This document shows, one piece after another, positions 36,843 to 42,202 of a stretch of 42,202 bases of DNA. Origin of the DNA: a virus (taxonomy: Duplodnaviria; Caudoviricetes). A program made the translations under genes and the position numbers. The stretch spans positions 1 through 42,202 of the IMG/VR virus record IMGVR_UViG_3300023283_000016. The stretch is one strand, 5' to 3'. Positions within the stretch are counted from its first letter, which is position 1. Each line of letters begins with the position of its first letter. The notes beneath the pieces are model-generated. The model was given only the letters and a program-made list of their open reading frames with translations, made no database searches and had not been told where the DNA came from.

Positions 36843-37147
36843 ATGGTGTAGCCATGTCGAACCACAATTGAATAGCTATCGCCAGGGCGCTTGAGCATCA
36901 GCTTAAGCGCCCTTTTCAATGCGACTCTGGCGAACTGCCCCCTATCCATGCCTGTCACAGATCGGCCATTGTGTTTCGCCCTAGGCAGACCACAAGCAGA
37001 CCTGGGCGGACGGCTCCCGAGCTGCTTGACCCACAAAGCCACACGAGAGCTTCTCTACGCTTTCGCGTTGTTACCCTACCGATGGGTCGGGTCAATCTGT
37101 AACGCATGCGGCGCAATTCTACGGCAACTGTGAGCAAACCTAAAATC

Positions 37148-37189
37148 TGCCATATTGGCATTGACTGCCATCTTGGCAGCGCCTAGAAT
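37148..37189 (+). promoter_or_regulatory. sigma70 promoter overlapped by two palindromic operator-like sites
   Basis: TTGACT(37161)-17 nt-TAGAAT(37184); TGCCA-N3-TGGCA at 37148-37160 and 37166-37178. Confidence 0.75.
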
Positions 37190-37504
37190 ATTTCAGCGTT
37201 GAGTCTCACTCTCAACGCACCCGGCTCACTAAAGATACCTTCAGGTCTGGTTAGGCAGGGGCCGAGCCGAGCCGACCTTAACCGGCCGAGTCTATGCCAA
37301 GAGCGCCACCAAAAGTGACCATCCGCATCCTCGATAAACGGCGGGTACTCCCTGCTCGCAAATCTACCATTGACATAGACGCCGACCAAGTATTAGGGTG
37401 TCGTTAGGTGTGGAGAAAGGCCAAGCGGAAGGCAAGGCGTCGGCGCTAACCGGAGCCAGCGACACACCCCCCGAAATTGACAGTGAGAAAGAGCAGGTGA
37501 TTCT

Positions 37505-37831
37505 ATGTCCGGACATTGGTGTGTTTTCAAACAGTTGTTTGGTGGACGTGTTGAAATCCATGCGGAAAGGTGGCCCGATGAGCCACCAAGATTTGAGATC
37601 GAGGAACGATACGCCAACGATATTTGGTATAATAGCGTTCAGTGGGTCGGGAAGGTTCGGATAGCCCTAGGCTTTCGGAGAACACCGCGAAGGCCGAAGG
37701 CAACATCAACGGTATTGAGGGAGATAAAGAACGATCATGACGCCGCCCAGGCCGAAAAGGACCGCCAAGCCGCAGCCGAAGCGGCCCATGAAGACCGCAT
37801 GGCGGACTGGCGTAATTCACTCCGCGAATAG
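37505..37831 (+). CDS. Hypothetical protein upstream of integrase
   Basis: AGGTGA RBS, 108 aa. Confidence 0.6.
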   Translation: MSGHWCVFKQLFGGRVEIHAERWPDEPPRFEIEERYANDIWYNSVQWVGKVRIALGFRRTPRRPKATSTVLREIKNDHDAAQAEKDRQAAAEAAHEDRMADWRNSLRE

Positions 37832-37898
37832 GTAATTCTTATTGGCCGATGGGTTTCATCATGCGCGCATTACTCTGCGAAAGGAAGGTTACTGTATT

Positions 37899-38972
37899 AT
37901 GGCGAAACGCCGTGGAAACAAATGGCAGGCCGACATAACGATTGATGGACAGCGGTTCCGCCAGACGTGTGACAGTGAAGACGAAGCGATTCTCAAAGAG
38001 GCCCAAATACTCTCAGATGTTCGTGCTGGTCGCACGCCCGATCTGAACAGCCGACCGGGACCACGAGGAACGATACGGCGCACCGGCAGACGCTCGGCGG
38101 CGACACTCACCGACTTGCTGTGGCTGACTTACCGCACCTGCTGGGCGGGCACTCGCAATGAAGATGACGCCTTCAAGAACGCCAGCGATTGCGTAGAGGC
38201 GCTGGGCGGGGACCGCCATCCGGCGCATATCACCACCGACGATGTTGACGAGATGGTGGCAACGTGGAGCAAGGCCACCACCTGGTCCAACAGCACCATT
38301 AATCGGAAGCTGGCGGCCCTGAGCAAGATGCTGACAATCGCCGAAGAGCGGGGCGTGATACGCCGGAAGCCGGTACTGCGGCGGCGTCGGGAACCCAATC
38401 ATCGCCTGCGGGTTCTGTCGGACGCCGAAGAGCGGCAGTTGCTGGACCATTTGATCGCCACCGGACGCCATGACGTAGCCGACTTGGTTATCATCCTGTT
38501 GGATACCGGGCTGCGGCTGGGCGAGGCTCTGGCGGTCCGATGGGCCGATTACGACGAGGGATGGATTCGCGTGTGGGCCAGCAAGAATGATCGTCCCCGG
38601 TCCATTCCGACCACCAAACGCGCTCGCGTGACTCTTAACCGACGCCAGGCCGAATACGGAAAGGACCATGACGGGCCGTTCACCATGCTGACGCCTTGGG
38701 CCGTCACGCGGGGCTGGAATGATGCCCGAGATGAGCTAGGAATGGACGGAGATAAACAGTTCGTTCCGCATGCCTGTCGGCACACGTTCGCTAGTCGGCT
38801 GGTGAGGCGAGGCGCTCCGCTGGAAACCGTCAAGGAACTGCTGGGCCACCGAAGCATCAGCATGACGCTTCGTTACGCGCACTTAGCGCCAAAGAATCTC
38901 AAGGACGCCACGGCGCTGCTTGACACAATGCCGCAGTTGGTGTCTTATTCCGTGTCCGAAGCCACGTATTGA
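37899..38972 (+). CDS. int: Tyrosine integrase
   Basis: N-terminal arm-binding-like RGNKWQADI; catalytic R (DTGLRLGE), K (SKND), HxxR (HACRH), H (LGH) and Y (RYAH); AAGGAAGG RBS. Confidence 0.96.
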   Translation: MAKRRGNKWQADITIDGQRFRQTCDSEDEAILKEAQILSDVRAGRTPDLNSRPGPRGTIRRTGRRSAATLTDLLWLTYRTCWAGTRNEDDAFKNASDCVEALGGDRHPAHITTDDVDEMVATWSKATTWSNSTINRKLAALSKMLTIAEERGVIRRKPVLRRRREPNHRLRVLSDAEERQLLDHLIATGRHDVADLVIILLDTGLRLGEALAVRWADYDEGWIRVWASKNDRPRSIPTTKRARVTLNRRQAEYGKDHDGPFTMLTPWAVTRGWNDARDELGMDGDKQFVPHACRHTFASRLVRRGAPLETVKELLGHRSISMTLRYAHLAPKNLKDATALLDTMPQLVSYSVSEATY

Positions 38973-38997
38973 GGCACAAATCGGTTCCTCACGACTA

Positions 38998-39037
38998 GCC
39001 GGTGTGGCGGAATTGGCAGACGCGGCGGATTCAAAAT
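38998..39037 (+). other. attP core: 5' half of tRNA-Leu(CAA)
   Basis: GCCGGTGTGGCGGAATTGGCAGACGCGGCGGATTCAAAAT gives the 5' acceptor strand, D arm and anticodon loop with CAA at 39032-39034. The tRNA pattern then stops. It lies 25 nt after the int stop. Confidence 0.88.
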
Positions 39038-39128
39038 GAGTCGGCCGGTCGGCTAAACGCCTACCACCTACGTCCTGTGTCCGATTCTGTGTCCATCGTG
39101 GCCAAACCCCGGCTTCAGCCGCCTCTGG

Positions 39129-39158
39129 TTGACTTCGGGGTTTCCCTTGGCCTAGAAT
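39129..39158 (+). promoter_or_regulatory. sigma70 promoter upstream of the RNAP operon
   Basis: TTGACT-18 nt-TAGAAT, the same hexamers as the 37161 promoter. Confidence 0.65.
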
Positions 39159-39192
39159 GTTACTCAACAGTAACGCTACCTTATCGAAAGGC

Positions 39193-39483
39193 ATGCCTAT
39201 GGCGATCCCATCGCTGGCCAATGACCCGCACGCCCACCCGCCTGTGTCCGTCCGTGAGGACCACCCGCCCTACGTCGTCAAGGTTTACGCGGACTACGAG
39301 AGCCGCCGAGGGACCAGCCCCACCGACCACTTCTACACCATCGAAGGCTGGGACCCCGTCGACCCCAAACAGAGACATAACGAAATCTACGACTCAGAGG
39401 CCCACGGCAAGCGCTGGAAGCGCCAGCGGACGGCTGAGCGCCACGGCCTCCAGCACGCCCGCCGACTGGCCGGGACCAATTAA
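39193..39483 (+). CDS. Hypothetical protein preceding RNAP
   Basis: In-frame ATGs at 39193 and 39199 after GAAAGG; the stop overlaps the first tandem phage promoter. Confidence 0.6.
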   Translation: MPMAIPSLANDPHAHPPVSVREDHPPYVVKVYADYESRRGTSPTDHFYTIEGWDPVDPKQRHNEIYDSEAHGKRWKRQRTAERHGLQHARRLAGTN

Positions 39484-39522
39484 GTGCCCCTCTAAGCCTG
39501 ACCAATTAAGTGCCCCTCTAGG
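39474..39522 (+). promoter_or_regulatory. Tandem pair of phage RNAP promoters
   Basis: GACCAATTAAGTGCCCCTCTA repeated with a 26-bp period; promoter copies at 39479-39496 (ends AAG) and 39505-39522 (ends AGG). Confidence 0.85.
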
Positions 39523-39579
39523 TACATCCCCCTTTGCTCCCCACCTAAAGAGAGCTTTAAGACCACAAAAGGAGTCCTA

Positions 39580-42114
39580 ATGAATCCAGTGGCCACCCCT
39601 TGTGATAACCCCACGCCCTCCCTTCAGGAATCTCTGGAAACCGAGATGCTCAGTGAGGGCATCTCTAAGTACCGCCGTGATGTTCAAGAGATGAAAGAGA
39701 AGGGGAGTGAATCAGAGACTCCCTACGGCATCAAATTGATGCGGCTGGCTATCGAGCCGCTGGCCAAGCGCATCCAAGAGTTCATTGACGACGCCGAGAG
39801 CGGACGCCCCGGACGGCGGCATATTGCTTATCGCTACCTGAAGCAGTTTGACGCCGACGTGTCCGCCTACATTATCTCCCGTACTGTTCTCTCTTCCATC
39901 TCTCAACCTACGCCCCTCACGGAGATGGCTACCAAGGTGGCCAGTAACCTTGAGGATGAGGCCCGGTTCCAAGTGTTCCGAAAGGCCGACAAGAGGAACT
40001 ACGCGAACACGCTCCGCGACCTGAATCGACGGACCACACACGACCGACACCGTAAGGCGGTACTGCGGTACGCCATGAGCCGCCACGACATCGGCTGGGA
40101 GGCTTGGCCGCAGAGTGACTGTATTCACCTGGGGCGGCAGTGCGTGGACCTGTTCGTACAATCCACGGGGTTTGTTGACACCATCCGGCAGAAGGTCGGT
40201 AAGAACAAGACCGCCAACTTCATCGTCGCCACTCAGGCCACGATGGACGCCATACGAGACAAGAACGCCCGGTGTGAGTTGTTCCAGCCGGTTCTACGTC
40301 CGATGGTGGTTCCGCCCGTTGACTGGACAACGCCCACGAACGGCGGCTACCTGACCGAGCATCTGAGCATGCCGCTGGTGAAGACCCGCAACAATCACTA
40401 TCTAGAAGAGCTTCGTAACACGGACATGCCCGAAGTGTACGACTCAATCAACGCTCTTCAGCAGACGCCCTTCCGGATCAAAGAGCCGGTGTTAGAAGTC
40501 ATGCAGCACCTGTGGGACATCGGCTCCGATCTAGGCAATCTGCCGCCTCAAGAGCCGCGCCCGTTGCCGTTGTGTCCGGTGTGTCACCAGTCCGTTGAGA
40601 GCGACAAGGGCAAGCACGCCTGTTTTGCGGACGGTGAAAACAACAAGAACGCTCACTGGAAGTGGAAACGAATGGCGGCGGAAGTGTACAGCCTTCGGAC
40701 CCGCGACTCCAGCCACTGCGTTCAGACGTTCGCAATCATGGAGATGGCGCGCCGTTACTCCAAGTATCCGGCGTTCTACTTTCCCTATCAGCTTGATTTC
40801 CGTTCGCGGGTCTACGCGGTTCCCCGCTATCTCAACCCGCAAGGGCCGGATACGGCCAAAGGGCTTATTGAGTTCGCCAACGGGAAGCCCCTAGGCAGCA
40901 AGATGAGTGTGTTCTGGCTGGCTGCCCACGGTGCGAATTGCTGGGGATATGACAAGGTGAGTCTGGAAGATCGTGTCCGGTGGACTCAGGCCAACTCCGA
41001 CGCCATCATGGCGGTGGCGTCCGACCCCTACGAGAACAAGTGGTGGGCCGACGCGGACGGCGGCGAGAAGGCGTGGCAGTTCCTGTCCTTCTGCTTTGAG
41101 TGGGCCGGGTATCTAACGGACGGCTTGGACTTCGTTACGCGGCTTCCGGTGTCCATTGACGGAAGCTGTAACGGGCTGCAACACTTCAGCGCGCTGCTGC
41201 GGGACGAAGTGGGCGGAAAGGCCGTGAACCTGATGCCCAGCGATGAGCCTGCGGATATCTACCAGTCGGTTGCCGACGAAGCAACGGCTATCCTATGCGC
41301 GCATCGTGACGCTAGCGTAACGGACAGTGACTACGACGGTGATCCCAAGCTTGCTGCACAGTGGTTGGAGTTCGGTGTGGACCGGAAGATCACCAAGCGG
41401 CCGGTCATGATCGTTCCCTACGGCGGCTCTCCGTTCGCTATTCGTCGCTACGTTCTGGATGAGATCAAAGAGCAGATTGAGAGCGGCAAGGCAGAGAACG
41501 TGTTCGGGGAGTCTGATCTGTTCCCGGCTGCGTGCTACCTGTCCAACGTTATCTGGCAGGCTATCGGCAATGTCGTGATAGCTGCCCGGTCGGCGATGGA
41601 CTGGCTTCAGGAAGCGGCGGAAGCTGCCGCTGATGAAGGACTGCCGATCACTTGGTCAACCCCCGCCGACTTCCCGGTGCTTCAGGCGTACCCCGAGACG
41701 CAATCCCGCACGATCAAGACCAAGGCGGGCGACCAGTTTATCAAGATGACGCTGCGGGAAGACACGGATCGGATTGACAAGCGCAAGCAGGCCCAAGGGG
41801 TGTCGCCCAACTTTGTCCACAGCCTGGACGCGGCGGCGCTTCAGATGACTGTGAATGAGGCGAGACGGCGAGGCATTGAATCGTTCGTCATGGTGCATGA
41901 CAGCTACGGCACGCTGGCTACCGACATAGAAGAGCTTGGCGACGTGACGCGCGAAGTGTTCGTGGACCTGTATGAGAACCATGATGTTCTCGCGGAGTTT
42001 CGGGAAGACGTGCTGCCGATCATTGACGATTCCGAGAAGTCACTGCCTCCGATTCCGCCCAAGGGTGATCTGAACATCCGCGAAGTGCTGGATTCGGATT
42101 TTTTCTTTGCATGA
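39580..42114 (+). CDS. gp1: Single-subunit DNA-directed RNA polymerase, T7 gp1-like
   Basis: DFRSRVY, LNPQG, DGSCNGLQH (motif A), RKITKRPVMIVPYG (motif B), PNFVHSLDA, VHDSYG (motif C), C-terminal FFFA. Confidence 0.98.
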   Translation: MNPVATPCDNPTPSLQESLETEMLSEGISKYRRDVQEMKEKGSESETPYGIKLMRLAIEPLAKRIQEFIDDAESGRPGRRHIAYRYLKQFDADVSAYIISRTVLSSISQPTPLTEMATKVASNLEDEARFQVFRKADKRNYANTLRDLNRRTTHDRHRKAVLRYAMSRHDIGWEAWPQSDCIHLGRQCVDLFVQSTGFVDTIRQKVGKNKTANFIVATQATMDAIRDKNARCELFQPVLRPMVVPPVDWTTPTNGGYLTEHLSMPLVKTRNNHYLEELRNTDMPEVYDSINALQQTPFRIKEPVLEVMQHLWDIGSDLGNLPPQEPRPLPLCPVCHQSVESDKGKHACFADGENNKNAHWKWKRMAAEVYSLRTRDSSHCVQTFAIMEMARRYSKYPAFYFPYQLDFRSRVYAVPRYLNPQGPDTAKGLIEFANGKPLGSKMSVFWLAAHGANCWGYDKVSLEDRVRWTQANSDAIMAVASDPYENKWWADADGGEKAWQFLSFCFEWAGYLTDGLDFVTRLPVSIDGSCNGLQHFSALLRDEVGGKAVNLMPSDEPADIYQSVADEATAILCAHRDASVTDSDYDGDPKLAAQWLEFGVDRKITKRPVMIVPYGGSPFAIRRYVLDEIKEQIESGKAENVFGESDLFPAACYLSNVIWQAIGNVVIAARSAMDWLQEAAEAAADEGLPITWSTPADFPVLQAYPETQSRTIKTKAGDQFIKMTLREDTDRIDKRKQAQGVSPNFVHSLDAAALQMTVNEARRRGIESFVMVHDSYGTLATDIEELGDVTREVFVDLYENHDVLAEFREDVLPIIDDSEKSLPPIPPKGDLNIREVLDSDFFFA

Positions 42115-42144
42115 TCGCTACGGTTGCGTAGCGTTACAGAGTCG

Positions 42145-42162
42145 ATTAAGTGCCACCCTAGG
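42145..42162 (+). promoter_or_regulatory. Phage RNAP promoter driving the replication module
   Basis: ATTAAGTGCCACCCTAGG right after the RNAP gene, at the position of T7 phi1.1. Confidence 0.85.
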
Positions 42163-42202
42163 ACTACGCGGTTCTAGCACCACGAGAAAGGACCACTGCA
42201 TG

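Larger units (their letters stand above)
1..42202 (+). mobile_element. Complete (circularly permuted) temperate T7-like podophage genome, Autographiviridae-like
   Basis: Full T7-type replication, morphogenesis and packaging gene set in T7 order, plus T7-like RNAP, integrase and tRNA-derived attP. Positions 1-16 (AAAGGACCACAGCATG) and 42187-42202 (AAAGGACCACTGCATG) differ at one base, consistent with a circular join. Confidence 0.95.

Noticed and set aside
37396-37470. c-di-GMP-I riboswitch-like words (GCAAGGC...GCTAA...AGCCAGC)
   Set aside because: The GNRA/receptor P2 stem and conserved junction could not be built, so the resemblance is superficial.
38998-39085. Complete tRNA-Leu gene
   Set aside because: The sequence after the anticodon loop cannot form the 3' anticodon strand, T-arm or acceptor 3' strand.
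39474-39522. CRISPR mini-array
   Set aside because: Only two 21-bp copies with a 5-bp gap, and the unit matches the dispersed phage promoter.
39002-39580. 192-aa ORF spanning attP
   Set aside because: It starts inside the tRNA fragment, crosses promoters, is low-complexity, and overlaps the more plausible 39193-39483 gene.

Overview
The window is essentially one complete, circularly permuted ~42.2-kb genome of a T7-like podophage (Autographiviridae-type). Its first and last 16 nt match at 15 of 16 positions. The canonical T7 order is on the + strand: ssb, endonuclease I, amidase, primase-helicase, PolA, exonuclease, portal, scaffold, capsid, tail tubes, internal virion proteins, tail fibre and terminases. 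After these come a GNAT/methyltransferase cassette, a probable terminus region, an early module with an M28-like peptidase, a tyrosine integrase with an attP made of the 5' half of tRNA-Leu(CAA), and a single-subunit RNA polymerase. The phage therefore looks temperate. Five copies of an 18-nt phage promoter (consensus ATTAAGTGCC[A/C]CTCTAGG) and three sigma70-type promoters are visible, one overlapped by twin palindromic operator-like sites. The most striking item is an 80-nt RNA upstream of the capsid gene (12334-12413) that folds like the tRNA-like domain of tmRNA (G3:U70, A73, tmRNA-like D-loop, T-arm) but has no mRNA-like domain. Also notable: a recent ~330-bp tandem duplication in a putative adhesin gene whose copies differ only by amino-acid-changing substitutions, and three +1 homopolymer frameshifts (sequencing error or phase variation). 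All family assignments come from motif recognition by eye; no searches were run.
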